From Camelus ferus (Eukaryota), in assembly GCF_009834535.1 (NCBI RefSeq), contig NC_045697.1, positions 41,666,001 through 41,730,000 of the forward strand: a DNA stretch of 64,000 nt. The letters are read 5' to 3'. The notes beneath the pieces are model-generated. The model had not been told where the DNA came from and searched no databases. It saw only the letters and a program-made list of their open reading frames with translations. The translations under genes were made by a program, and so were the position numbers. Numbering within the stretch: position 1 is the stretch's first letter; each line of letters starts with the position of its first letter. Of the stretch, positions 1 to 14,997 are shown piece after piece.

Positions 1-984
1 CCTGTTTCCTGCTATAGTTGTGACGACTGATTCATAAAATTTGGTACAATGGCTTTCTCTTGAGAAATAATCCTGTCTTTCATAATAAAAATCGACATAG
101 ATTCATGTGCATATACTCCACTTGGGTAATTTGTAATAATAGAGTTTATCGTTTCCAGATACAAGGCTTAGCACTTCAGTGGCATAGCATGGATAATCTG
201 CAGGAATAAGAAAGTTTGAGTGGAAATTGGAAGTTGGAGGGATTTCCAGGGTATTATTACCCAGGAAAGATATATTAAATAAAGAAAATAGAATTCAATA
301 TATTCATTGGTAGTTCAGATCTAGAGTTTATATCTCTCTGCATTACTTTTATGCAAAAGCTTTGTGTTCTATTAAGTCTATTTTAGGTTCTGATATGAGG
401 ACACATTTCTAAAAATATTCTCCTTTTACCTTGGAATATCTGTATCCACAGAGCCACACAAATGAGAACCAGGAGATAGACCAGTTATTAAACCAACAAC
501 TGTCTGGAGCCAATTGAGGCTGAAGCAACACAGGGACTAAGATTCCACTCAGGTTGTCGGCTGTATTGTTGTTGCCGTTGTTTAAAGGCATATGTGAGGG
601 AGAGTGAAAATGAAGGGATTTTAGTCTGAAGGATGAAAATTTGCCAGTTTTAGGAGAAGAGTGGTCAGGGATTGTAGATAAATTCACATATTTTTAGGTT
701 ATTTTTTGGATTAGGGAACCGGGTAATTCCTGTTTAGATAATGAAGAGACCTTCCATGGAGTCAGCTGTGATTCAGTACAGGGAATGCCTTTCTAAGTGG
801 TTTCAGCAGTGAAAAGGATCACTCAGTGAGTGATGAGCGAGCTTCCCTCATTGGAAACAATTCTTAATTATATGTATAAATATAAGATACAATATAGCAT
901 TATATAAATAATAAATAAGCCTTTCTTATATACATTTAATTCATAGATACACACACACATATAAAAATGCATAGGGACACATAA

Positions 985-1160
985 CTAACATTTATTGAGG
1001 ACTTCCTGTGACCAGACAATGTGGAAGGATCTTTACCAAGCACAATTGTTTTAAGTCTTACAACATTTTACATAATAAGTACCATTTATCATCCACATTT
1101 TAGAGGATGAAAAGAAAGATGAAGTAACTTGGCCAAGGTTATATAGTTAGAAAGCAATGA
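985..1160 (-). mobile_element. MIR SINE fragment
   Basis: ctaacatttattgag...catttta-ga...aagtaacttggccaaggttatatagttag resembles the reverse complement of the MIR core. Confidence 0.75.
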
Positions 1161-2661
1161 AGTTAGTTCTGCAGCAGAAAAAAAAAAGGGGGTATTTGCC
1201 AGAGATAACATAGATTTTTTTACATTAAATAAAAAATAAAAATAGATGTTTTCTGACTACAGATAGGTCTATGGCAGAAACAGCCTTTTTCCAAAAGTTT
1301 AAATGGATCCAGGAAAGAGAAAAATCTTGCTTATTGAGTTTCTAGCTCTATTATTTTCTCTCTCTCTCCCACAATATCTATAAAAAGTACATACATGATA
1401 AATAACAACTTAGTCAGACTGGTCATTTGGACAGTATGATAAGAATATTTGCAATTCAAAAACAAATACATTTTCAGAGATCTTTTGTCCCCTTTAATCA
1501 AAGTACTCACCTCTTGTGAGACAGGTATTATCTGGAATTACAAATGCATTAATAATAAAGGGCTGCACAACTGTTTGCTCTATCTTTCCCTGATACTTCT
1601 GCATGTCACTTGCTTTCCTAAAATGGAAGCAAAACAAATTTGCTTCTCTGGGTATGCTTATCACCTTCAAAGCTGTAACCATTTCTTTGCAGTGATCACT
1701 CTGTTTAGGTGTTAAAGTCAAACTTTGGAAACTTTGAGTTTAACCTGAGTGAGATTTTCACACTGGAAAGAATCTCATGAGGAATTCTCTAAGGTGACTG
1801 CCAACTTACAGGATGTAATTTGAAGAGTAAGTGGAGCAAAACTATAGTGTGCTGCTATCTTAATGCCTTTCCCTATTTGTTCCCCCTCGACTTCCCTTAT
1901 TCTTCTAGGTTATTTTCCCCCATAAGAATGACCTATCTTTTTTTTCCTGAGTTTTCAGTAGGAACACGTGAGTAACAAAGTATAGTTAAAGAGAGAGATT
2001 TCACTTTCTTGCTTCGCCTTTTCCAATTTTGTCTCCACCTCCACCCCCACCCAAGTATCCTTCTGCCCTCGCTTCCTGGTTTTAAGTTCTGGATGGTAAT
2101 TGGCAGTATCAGAGAGACCACTGTAATTTCACCTTGAATTCCAGGTTTCTTTTGATTCACAGTCTCAGAAGAAGTGTTACGTCTTCAAGTCATGCTGTTC
2201 ATTTCATGTTGAACCATCTCAGTTTGAAAGCCAGAATTTCTTACCATTACAAAGCAACCATGTTTATGAGAAAAAGACAAGGCTTGCTGTTTAGAAACAT
2301 GCTCCTTTGATTGGAATCAATTAAACTGAGCCAGCATATTCCAAAACACTCACTCTTGAGCTAGCATTTCACTTCCGGAAATTTATTCATATTTATAGAT
2401 CAGAGTAAGTGTGTTTTATAAAAGATACCCTTTCCTCCAAGATTGCTGGCAGCTCAGCTTTTCTTTTTTTTCTCCAAGTATGGTGTACAAAAGAATGAAA
2501 AAGAAACCAATTTGCATGTTTCCTATATTAACACAATCTAGAATAATTTACAATACAAATCAGTAGGATTCTAGTAGATGAATGCAAATTAGACCTTTTA
2601 AAATCAGAAACCAAATTAATCACCGAATTATAATTGCAAAGTAATATTGTTTTACATTAGG

Positions 2662-2689
2662 TGGCATTGAATGGCATTGAATGGCATTG
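2662..2689. repeat. 10-bp tandem repeat (TGGCATTGAA) x ~3
   Basis: TGGCATTG at 2662, 2672 and 2682. Confidence 0.95.
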
Positions 2690-2693
2690 TTAG

Positions 2694-3041
<348 letters not shown>

Positions 3042-5559
3042 TGATGGTGTATATTCACTCTCCTTAGAGGCGTTCTGTGAGACTCCAATGTCAAATATTT
3101 ACCAGCTGGCATTATGGTAGAGTAACCTTGTCTCCTAGCAAGATCTTATGTGAATAATACAGCATCAAATATGAAACATTCAACATGGTATCAAAAGATC
3201 TGCCTTAATTCAGTCCTATGAAACTAATAACAATGATATACTCTTTTTTACCATTTTTTTAAGTTTTAAAATTAAGTTATATTCACAGCTAGATAATAAA
3301 TGATAAAATCTTTCAGTTTAAGGCTGAAAATTTATGCTTTTATATCATAAGAAAGTCACTTGGCATGGAAATCTTTTATCAGATAGATTTATGTTCACCC
3401 ACAAATACAGTAAGTTTATTTTTAGCACATTTGGAGAGCATGCATATGAATTTCAATTTTAAATTGATCTTCTAAAATTCTTTTCCTCATTTACTTAGTT
3501 TCTAGCGATAATAATGTCAATTCCTGCTTTCATTTTCTCCACATTATTAACAAGTGCAAAATTAAAACCTCATTAATTAGTAATGATTATATAAAATATC
3601 TGAAGAAACAAGTTTATATCACTTGGATAAGTAAAGGTGATCCCCTCTTAAGCAGTTAATAATTAGCAAGTAAAGATTCTAGAGGCTTTGAAGTGTTAAA
3701 AAGATATGGATAGTGTGTGATTAGTATATGGGTGTATAACTTGTTTTCTTCGGTTAAGTATCCTCCTACACTGTCACTTATGAAAATATTATCTCCTCAT
3801 CATACTAAAGATAAAGCCTCTGCTTAAAGGATCATAATTCAAAACCAAACCAAATCGAACCTAAAATAATGGGGTTTTAATGTATAATTAAAATAAACCT
3901 AATTACTAATATAGCCTAACCATATTGCGATTAGCCATTCACTTTGGGGATTAATATATGACATATATATAATTTCATACACATATTCTCTGTATGTATT
4001 AAAGAACCAATTTATGAAATGACTGAAGTAGGCACTCAATTAGTTTTTGTTGAATAAAAAAACTTAACATGAGATGTTTTATTTAGTTAAAAATAAAGCT
4101 GCACTACTTTTACTTCTATTCTTACTGAAAATATTTTTGGTATGACATATAAAACACATTTACTTCTAAAAATGTTATGTCTATATTGCAGTTTTGTCTT
4201 CTACATAAGCATTTTATTAAATAGCATCTATGAATTTACCACATTCATGTTTATGTTAATGCTATTTAATAAGTATGTTGGTTTGACAAAAACTGATTTC
4301 CTTTAGATTAAAAAAAAAAACAGGATTTCTTTAATTCTCAATGAATTATAAACTTGAATTTGGCCCTTGGACATGAACATTAAACAGTTCTTAAGTTTTG
4401 GCTAATTTTCAACATCGATGAAAATAGACTTAATCTGTTACCTTCGTACTCTGTGATTTTTCAGAAGTTCATTGCATTTGAATAATTGATGACTAAAATG
4501 AACATTTGCCACCTATAAATGAAAATGATTGATTTTCATTACTTTTCATAAGTTTTTAAAGAAAACCAAATCAGATTTCCACAACTGAGTTATTAAATAC
4601 AGATTAGCATTTCTCAGAATTCATTTCTTGAGATAAGTTGCTTGATTATCATTTCTTAACTTGGGTTTCAAAATTCCCTATAAGTAAAGCTTTGGGTTGC
4701 TGTTAATGTTAAAAAGTCTCATAGCAGATGCCCTTTCAATGCTTGAGCCTGGTATTTTTATATTGATTTATTCCTGGCACTCTTGTATAGGGATACATTT
4801 TAAAACATTTTGAAGGGCAAGTGGGAATTATTTTCAAAAGTGTCTCCACCGAGTGTAGGATGTGGTCTTTTAATCATTTCAAACATGTTGGTAAGTTTAA
4901 ATCAGTATTTTTTAAGCAAATACATTATGAACACTGAGTATCATAAAGTTAAACTCTTAAAAATGCAAGACAGATTACTTGTTTTAACAAATTCCCTATT
5001 ATTAAAAATGGCATATCTGAAAGTGGCAATAAAATTACACCTAAATCTATTAGATATATAATATGTATAGTATACATCTATGCAATACATCATTGGGAGT
5101 CATACACTATTTTTAATCAACATATTCTCATTTATATGAAGACATTCTCAAAATAAATGACTGATAAAAGTCCTTGCAATATGAGCTATGCATATCTTCT
5201 TAATATATAAACTAACTCAACAGCAAAACCTAAAATATTAATGAGGTCTTACTCCCTTTATCTTTAATGTCTAAACAAACTCAACACATTTTTTTAGCAT
5301 TGAGAAATTTAGATAGCCATAAATAGTTCTGAATATTGTATACACTTATATGCTACTTTATTAGATGTATTTTAAAGTATGTAGTAGTTGAATTTTATTC
5401 AGATCAAATGTTTTAAACTCTCTGCAAAAGCTCATAATTCAACTATTGAGATACTTTTCTTTTGAGAGATCTCCCAGTTAATTACATCATGGTAGACACT
5501 TTTACTTTAAAAGTTACCAAATATTTTATATTGCATATGTGAATTAATATTAAATATAC

Positions 5560-7690
5560 AGCTTTTGAAGAAGACCAATAACATGAACACACATGTATCA
5601 CTACTCAGGTTAAAAAATAGAACATTACCAATACCTTTGAATTTTTTGTGTGTGTTCCTCCCCACTCATACTCTTTCTTCTCTCCAGAGGTCACCACAGT
5701 ACTAAAGACATGTTTTGACAATCTCTTTGACTTCCTCATATTTTTAACACATGCATATTGATCCCTAAGCAACATTTGGTTTAGTTTTATGCATTTTACA
5801 TATTGTATTATTATTTTGTGACTTGCTTTTTTTTGAAGTTAACAGTATATTTTTAAGATTTATCCATGTTGATGCATCAGAAATAGTTCATTCATTTTCA
5901 TTGCTCTATAGTATACCAGTCTATGAATATTCTACAATAAATCCATTCTCCTATGAATACACTGAGAATATATTGAGTTTTCATTTTTGCTTTTATAAAC
6001 AATAGTGCTATGAATAATATATGTATCTAGGAACACTTGGACAAGATTCTTTATGATAAATTCCTGGGCTCACAGGTGTGCACATTTTAAACCTGACTGT
6101 AACATCAGGTTGATTTCCAGAATAGCAGTATATAAATGTAACTGTCTACTCCACACCCTTACCAACTCTTGGTATTGTTAGGTTTGTTTTTAAATTTGTT
6201 ACCAATCTCTTGGATATAAAATCCTATTTCATGTTTTCTTTACAAAGGAGGGTAAAGCGTCTTTTCCTATGTTTACTGGCCATTAGTATTTTCCCCTTGG
6301 TAATACATCTTTTGTATTTTAAAAACAATTTTTTTCTATTGTATTTTAAAAAACTAATTAGTACGAGTTATTTATATATTCTGGCACATAATCTTTGTCA
6401 GTTTTACGTGTTGCAAATATCTTCTCCCTGTATTTAGATTATTTTCCCATTTTATTTTATGGTGATTTTGGAATTTCACAATCTTGTTTTTTTTTTTTTT
6501 AATGGTTCATGTAGTTTTATGTCTTGTTTAAGAACCCTTTGATGCCTTTATATTCTCTAATAATTTTACTGTGAATGTCTTAATCTTTTGCATTTAAGCC
6601 TTAAGTTCACTTAGAATTGATTTTTGTGTATGGTATGAAAGAGGGATTTCAGTTCCATTTACTGATTAGCTTTTCTTTCTTTATTGATCTATAATGCTGT
6701 CTTTGTCATATGTTTTCACATTTAGAGGGAAGGGGTATCAGATTCTGGGCTCTATATTCTGTTCCACTGGTTTGTTTGTCCATCTCTATACCACTCCTAC
6801 AGTTTCTTAGTGAAGACAAATCTATACTACACACTTACATTGGGTGAGGTAAATATCCACTTTTTTTGTCTTCTTCAGAAGTATCTTTGCTATTAATGAA
6901 CATTGCTCTTCCTTAAATATTTTAGAATTGACTTGCTAATGTCTATAAAGTGGTCCCTATTGATATTTATATTGGAATTGTATTGATCTATAGTTCAATT
7001 GGTGGAGAGTTGCTGTTTTAATTCAGACAATTTTTATCTTTCTCCTGAATGCACAAGAATCTTAACACGTGCTACTTTAATTTAGACCATTACGATACCA
7101 ATTTAAATATTCTGTCTACACCTAGTATTTTAGTTCTCTTTATTTAGATGCAAAAATTGACATTATTGTCATTTGACTGCATACGGGTAGAGTTTGTTTA
7201 GATTTACCCTTATGATAATCATTTTTGTGCTTATCATTACTTCTTGCAATTTGAACCTTTATTTTGAGATTATTTTCTTTCCTTCTGAGGTAAATCCTTT
7301 AGAAGTTCTTTAATGGGAGTCTTTGATGATAAAACTCTGTTTTTCTGATTGGTTTTCCCTTATTTGAAAGATAGCTTTGTTGGACATAGAATTTTAGTGT
7401 CAGTTATTTTCTTCCAGTGTTTAAAAACTGTTATTCCATGGGCTTTTTGTTTCCAATATTGCTGTTGAATAATTAGCTGCCCGTGTGATAGTCATCATTG
7501 GACATAGTCAGTCCCTTTCTCTGTTTTCATTTAGGAATTGTTTTCTTGGTCTTTGGTTGTCTGCTGTTTCTCTCCCATGTTACTAGGTGTGGATTTCTTT
7601 TTATTATCTCCCAGAATTCACTGTATTTCCTGAATTCCAGCCTATTTGCAGTCCCTGGAATTTCTCAGATTTTGTTTCTTTGAACATTTT
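5560..7690 (-). mobile_element. Old LINE-1 (L1M/L1ME-like) 3' fragments, antisense
   Basis: T-rich with typical antisense L1 phrases (aacattaccaata, ttatccatgttgatgcat, tagttcattcattttcattgct, ttgatttttgtgtatggtatga, tttattggaattgtattga). Boundaries approximate. Confidence 0.8.
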
Positions 7691-7744
7691 CTCTCCCCTA
7701 GTTTTTACTTTATCTCCGTGAAAAAACTCTGGACATAAAGTAGA

Positions 7745-7900
7745 CATTCATTTATTCAGTAAATATTTCTGAACACCTACTATGAGCTGGGCACTTTTTG
7801 TCTCTAGGGTTATATAAGGAAACAAAACTGATAAGAATCTTTATCATCATGAAATTTAAAATAAAAGGCACAGTATATTAGAAGATGATGACAGCTAAGA
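7745..7900 (-). mobile_element. LINE-2 3' end fragment
   Basis: cattcatttattcagtaaatatttctgaacacctactatgagctgggcact resembles the reverse complement of the L2 3' terminus. Confidence 0.75.
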
Positions 7901-7979
7901 GACAAGAGGGAACAAAGTTCTTAGATGGAAAGCAGGGATTGCCTTTTTCTTTTTTGAGTTGTAACATAAAAGTTTTGTC

Positions 7980-8229
7980 TTTTCAGATTCTTTTCAGATT
8001 CTTTCAGAGAGAGTCTTTCTGAAAGAATCTGAAAAGACAAAATACATGTATGTATGTATATAACTGAATCGCTTTGCTGTCCACCTGAAACTAACATTGT
8101 AAATCAACTACACTTCAATAAAAAAATAAAATTTAAATAGTTAAAAAAAGAAAAGGTGCTTTAAAAACCATAGGAGATAATAGGACACAGTGAAAATACT
8201 GAACTTACGTGTTATTGGCATCCAAAAAT
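7980..8229 (+). mobile_element. 5'-truncated LINE-1 3' end with inverted 5' segment, A-tail and extra 3' sequence, flanked by an 11-bp direct repeat
   Basis: L1 3'UTR motif ataactgaatcgctttgctgtccacctgaaactaacattgtaaatcaactacacttcaataaaaaa (about 8060-8125). AAAGTTTTGTC occurs at 7969-7979 and 8230-8240. Confidence 0.8.
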
Positions 8230-9767
8230 AAAGTTTTGTCAAGCATGTTTCATATAGCATGTTTTCTTAACCTCATATAAACTTGATTGTCCCTTCTTAA
8301 CTTTTCTCTTCTATAGTGTTATACCCAGAAATGGATGTGATCTTTCAGAGAGGGTATCACAGAACAGAGCACAGTGTCACGTAAACTTCTGTTAAACAGA
8401 ATTCTGCATTTCTTTTAGTGTTGGGAGTTGTTTGTATTACTTCCTTTGTTTAAAGTCATATTATGTACTAGTTTTTATAAGGACCTTGATATTTTTTATC
8501 TACAAAATACAGATGTCAATTTAAGTGATCTCCAAGACCTCTTCCAGTTTCAAAATGCAGGTAGAGTCAGATCTAGGTTTTGTGAGGCCAGAATATCATA
8601 CAGTTGGAGGAGGGTATTATGTACAAAAATAATCAATTTTATCAGTGCAAAACTAGGTACAGAGTCTTATAAGGGGCATTTGTAAGTGAGAGGCTCCAAA
8701 GATTACCCTTTAATAAATTTATGAAAATTCTACCATTGTGACACACATTAATATATACTGGATTTGCTTATATGTGAAATGTCTCTCCACTTTTTGCTTT
8801 ATAAGTAAATATAGGTTAAATAATAAATAGATTATACTGAGATGCAGATACATCATGCTTCAAATCTCAGTCTTTGGATATTCCATGTCCTACAGCATTC
8901 CATTAGCAATCTGCTGCCAGGGAACAAAGCACCTTTTACTAACTTGTCAGCTTTGAGGTTTTTATGTGTTTTGACTTGTAATATTTCCTTTTACTATGCT
9001 CATTTATAATGAAAACTGATGTTAGCTACAATTGTGCATTAAGTCACATTCATATTTTATGTTACCAGAATTTGAGGGGAACTTTTTAGAGGAAAAGAAC
9101 ATTTTCAAATGAAAAAAAAGTAAAAATATTTTTAAAGTAACAAAACAACTCAAGATATAACCATGAAAATCTGGATCCAGACCTCTGTTGTATGTATCGA
9201 CATATATGTGTATATATATATGGATATTCTACAATACAGAAATATATGTATATTTCTATCCTGATCTTTACAACGTCCTCAGAAGTTAGAGTTCTTTTGA
9301 AAACAAATTTTATCATAGAGAAATATGGAGTAGTTATTGAAAAATAAATTGTCAAATATTTTAAACTTAAATTGAATAGCTTTTGTACTTTCCATGAGTA
9401 GAACTCCATATAATATACAAGGTGATATAAAACCATCCCACGTATATATGTGATAGCAGCATATACTTTCAGTCCTTCCCTAGATGTTGATGGGTAGAAC
9501 CCCTCTTTCTCTGCCTGTAGCCTATATGTACCATTTGTCATAATTTTCCATTTTTTTTTCAGGAAAGTGACATGCAGAAAAGGAACAAATGTTAGAATTT
9601 TTCTTTCCCTTAAATATTTCCAGATGAACGACCCCTAAGTTTTCCATAGGAAATAGATGTGGAATAATCTCTTGATGAAACTGACTCTATTCTAATTTAT
9701 GTCATAAAACTGAAACATGTTAGTATTTTATTCTTAAATCTGGATTTAGTAATTCACAAGAGATTGT

Positions 9768-9943
9768 TAGTATTTCTCAAATATAGTCCAGGGACCATCT
9801 GGATTGCAGTTAACTGTTGGTGGGTTTTTTAGTGGTGTCAACCCAGGCATATGGACTCAGAATCTTGTAGATCAGTGGGGAGAAGGCAGTGATCTGTACT
9901 TTTGTAAGTTCCCTATGTTATGAATATTCAGTTTGGGAACCAC
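9768..9943. mobile_element. MER5-like hAT-Charlie MITE
   Basis: Termini agtatttctcaa...tttgggaaccac with internal actcagaatct. Confidence 0.6.
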
Positions 9944-10762
9944 AGTTTTATATCATGATGCCTAACACATGGCATGCATGCCTCCACTTCCTTATTACAC
10001 ACTCATTGCAGACATAACTAACTGATTACAATATTCTTTCCTATAGGGCTAGCATAAAGCCACACAATAATACTCAACACACTGCCAACCAGGCAGCCAG
10101 TTGGCTTGCAACATGAAATAGCCTCTCCCGGAACTTTTCTATGCAGTCAGTACTCTTAAACAGTATTATCTTATTAAAAAAATAGTTAAGAATTTGGAGA
10201 CAGGCACTGGTATTCTTTAAGTTACAAATAGATGCCAAAAATTTTTTGCACAAAATATTGAATATAAGGCTTAGAGCAGGGAAGAAAGCAAGTTTGAATT
10301 CATGAAGGTGTCATCTCTGGAAACCATATTCAACATAGCAAAAAAGTAATCAATAATGGGAAAAAAAAAACCATGAGGATACAGTAATTCAAAGGGTACA
10401 GTAGAGTGAGATCGTTAAATGATTCTTTATGGGTCCACTTAGTAGCTTCTGAAAGCTTAAATGTGCATAGTATAAATTATGACCCAAAATACTCAGAAAA
10501 TAATAAGTCACTTTTCATTCATTATGTTCAAGGCAGTTTGTTATATATTTTAGAAATATTCTCAACCAAGGAAATTGAAGCATAAAATCTAAGTTCTTAG
10601 CTAATTGATAAAAATTAGCTGGGATAATTTTCAATCTTAGGATTTCAAATAATCATTTTTACAGTCTATACTTGCTTTATTCATCTATTATAATACTGTT
10701 TCCTGACATTAGTAATAGTCAAATTTGCACATTATCTTGTCATACTTTATTTATAAAATCAA

Positions 10763-10816
10763 TGTAATATGTAATATGACTATTTTGTAATATGACTTTT
10801 TGTAATATGACTTTTT
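10763..10816. repeat. Imperfect tandem repeat of TGTAATATGACT(T)n
   Basis: Three copies of tgtaatatgact plus one partial copy. Confidence 0.85.
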
Positions 10817-13800
10817 ATATAGTGACTTTAGAATTAAATGAAGAAATTGTCAAATAATTCCTATTAAATGACATTTTCAATTTTTATTAAATACCTTTGA
10901 TAATTACATTGTATGATAATTTCTTAAAGAGTAAATCAAAAATATTTAAAATATATTTATTGCTTTTTGGGTAACTGCACCAGCTGGAATCTGTAAATAT
11001 TCATATCCTTACTCATCGTAGAAAAATGCTGACTTACTGATGTCCTAAAGCAAAGAAATCCTTTTGCAAAAAGTAATTTTGGCCATTCTCTAAAAAAAAT
11101 TTATATGTTAACACTAACACATAATCATAAAAAACTTAGTTAATATTTTCTATATTTTAAAAAATATGTAATCATTGTGGAAATCTGATGATTAACTTTT
11201 TTTTCAATAATATATCACCTATTTTCTATTTAAAGTATTAATAAAATTAGTTGTCTTATGTGGGTATGTTTCCTGATAGAGTAGGAAAGCAGCTTCAGAG
11301 ACATTTTTTAAGAGAAATTTCCTAAGATAAACATACCATCAATTTCATGGCCAAATTAAAAGAATTTTTACCACCTCAGTTTTAAACCTGCTTGTTTTCT
11401 TAATGGAATCCTTGGAATAAACACTGGATTTGGAGCCAAGAGATACGACTTTCCGTCTTGGCTTATATTTGGTTAATTATGAATATAAAAGAAAATCATG
11501 TGGTTAACTAAGGATAGTGGACATAGTTGTTCATGTTGTAATCCTGTGAACATCTGGAAAACAGATCCTTACCACTTAAATATAATTAGTCATGTTTGTG
11601 GGAAGAAAACTTGAAATGGATTGGTTAAAGTAAAGACATACGCTTTTTAAAGATGCCTATACCACATATTTGCAGTTAGAACATTCAACTATTTTATTAA
11701 CAATAATAAAGATTCTTGCCTCCTTTCTTTTGTAAACCATGGCATCAAGGACAACTATAGTGTTTCATCTAAAAAGCAATCTAAGATAGGAAAGTGTGCT
11801 GAGTGCCTCTATATACCTTAATTATAACTTGTATCAAGAAACATGTTAACAGTTCTTATTTAACTAATTCCAGAATATTTGGCTCTCCTTAAACTTTAGT
11901 GTAAAAATGCCATATAATTGTTTTGGGAATGATACTTTAAAAGCAATTCATTTTTTTACTAAATAACTGTAGAGTGGTAGCTAAATGTATCTAGAATATA
12001 ATACTTTGTTGGAGTATTTTGCCAACTTTGTTAAATGACTCATTTACAAACAGTCTGGCAGCTTTTTTGTCCTTGCCTTTAGTTTGACATCAAATCTTTT
12101 GAATTCTAAAGAAATTTGACCAATGATTAAATGATGGCTTGTTTAGGGTATGATAATGTAACTGTATTAGAGAGTAGATCTCTTTCCATAATTTACAATG
12201 TAAGTATTGATATTTATTTAACTGCATTAATGGTTTCTATTTAAATGTATCTAAGTATAAGTAGTTACAGCTTACCTATATCCATAGTGCTAACATCAGC
12301 TTTTGTTTAAGGGTAACTTTTAACTCTAACCTTTTATGATTTTTTAGTTTATTTCTAATAATTCTGACTTACTGCTATATTCTCATTCACATAGTAACTT
12401 AGATGAATTTTTATTGAAACATGTCCTTGTTTAATTATTCCTGTTGTTTTGTAAAGGAATATTTTCCAGTTTTTCCTACCCTTCATTTCTTGATATTACA
12501 CAATCATATATATTTTTTTATCCCAGTAACTGAGAGGATATGTAATAATTTAAATTTTATTCAGCCAGGTTACAAGGGAGATAGAAGAGGATTTGTAAAT
12601 TAGCTTGATTTTATCTTTGTTCAATCACCTATCTGCATTGTTTGCATTCTGCTTTTATTTTTGCTGAATATAGTTAATTTTGTCTTCTGTCAGGACTGCC
12701 CATCTTTTTTTAGTCCAACCCTAATGCATAGCTGGGGTAAAGATTGTGCAAATCTCAAATAAGTAATATGGTAAGATTCCTGAGCTGTCACAAATTACAT
12801 TAACAGAAATGAATTACCTTTACACTGAAGGATAGAGTGGTAGAAGAATGAACAACATAGGCGAGAACACTGCCTGTCCTCTTGGATTTAAGACTTTCCA
12901 AGGCCTCTGTCATTCATTGACACATGGCAAGGAAATCTGTGTGAAATCAGCTTCTTCCAGTTGGCTCTTCAGAGTTTTCATGAGTGGTATTTATCATTCT
13001 CAAGGCTCTGATATATTAAACATCAATAATAAATGAAAAAGAAAATCTCAATCAGGGGTATGTCTGTTAAAAACTCCTCAACTTTGGAAAGTATTAATTT
13101 TCATAGAGATGTAATATTTTTCTTGTAGAATTCCCTATGCTTAACATACTTTTGAAACACATGCACTTGGTTGAAATCTATTGTCTTAAATTGAAAATCC
13201 TATGTTTACCCTCATATCTCGTTGAATACAATGTTCAGGGATGCAGGGCACTATTGTAAAAAGTAAGAAAATATGTACAAAACTGCAACCATTCTGATAA
13301 ATAGAATTTTTAAAAGTTTTTGGTGAATAATTAGTGAATTATTTTATAATCAAATTTATATTGATCCTATATGTAATGCATATGAGTAGAAAACATTAAC
13401 AGATGATGAAATTTCCTATTTGATAGAGAAAGGAAGAGGGGAAAAAAACCTAAAAAGGAATTTAAGAAAAATGTAAATGAATCTTATAAAATATTTGTGC
13501 ATTTGTCATTTTTAGAAAATAATTGAAATAATTTCATAATAATATAGTATGTCATATTCTTTCTCTTCTAAATCACATGGTTATATAGAAGATTAGCTCA
13601 GTATAAGAAATTCTTCTTGTGTTATTTAAATACGTTTTCATCTTTACAACCCAAAGACTATTTCATGATGTCCTATTTTGTTAGGTAATGTTAGTTCCCC
13701 CAAAATGTATATGTTCCAAAAGTGAATTTAAAGTTCCAAGAGGATTCATTGCCTAACTATCTGATTTTATTATATTTTTGTCTTTTGTTGCTTATTTGAA

Positions 13801-13871
13801 CTCCAGTTGTGTTGACTGCTCAGGATTCTGAAAAGCAGTTAGTCTCCCAACTAGTGAAAGGCAAGAACTAG

Positions 13872-14171
<300 letters not shown>

Positions 14172-14809
14172 TAACTTGAACTACCCCAATTTAAGGAGAG
14201 GTATTTTTAAAAGCTATTTCTTTACAGAGGAGGAATAGCCAAGGACTTTTAAATTGTCTGGACATTTAGAGAGAAGGGGAGTAATAAAGTGTGTGATAGT
14301 GGGATGATTAACTGCTTCATGGGACTTACTTAGAATCTCAAAATTTTTTTGCAGTGTTAACTCTAAAACACCAATGTCATATACATGGAGATAATTGTTC
14401 CAGTTCTTTTTATTACCTGTAAAATATTTTCAACACAAGTTTTTGATTGTAGAATCTTGGAGATACAGATGTTTGAGTTTTCTTTTATTTTATAGAATGC
14501 TTAACCACTATTTTTTCACTTTAGTGTGACAAATGAGATTTTTACCTACACATTTGATATGCAGTGTAAACACTTTCATTAATAAGTAATTTTTTCTACT
14601 ATTATGTCTGCAGTTATGAACTTTAGTAACAGATCTTAGTTTCTTCACCCACAAAACTGGGATCATAATGCCTTAGTTATAGGATTGAAGACATGGAATA
14701 AATTTGGCAATGTTTAATGTATAATATAAATAATATTCTATCTTTTTTTAATTTAGGACATTTCAGAGAATGTGCTTTTGAAGCAAATTTGATTTTTTTT
14801 TTCTCCTGC

Positions 14810-14997
14810 TTGGGCTCAAATCCTGTCCCTAAAAATCTGTGTGAACCTGGGCCAATTATCTAATCTTTCTCTACTTCCTTTAATAAATGAAGGTAGAAAT
14901 TGTCTACCTTATAGGATCATTGGGAGAATTAGTTGACTAATTTGTCAAGCACTTAAAACAGTGCTTGGCTCACAGTAAATGCTCAGTAACTGTTAGA
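14810..14997 (+). mobile_element. MIR SINE
   Basis: tgggctcaaatcctg...tgtgtgaacctgggccaattatctaatct...aagcacttaaaacagtgcttggctcacagtaaatgctcagtaactgttag. Confidence 0.85.

Noticed and set aside
10763..10816. CRISPR-like or other prokaryotic repeat arrays, here or elsewhere in the window
   Set aside because: Short tandem repeats lack unique spacers, and the window is spliced mammalian DNA with no cas-like ORFs.
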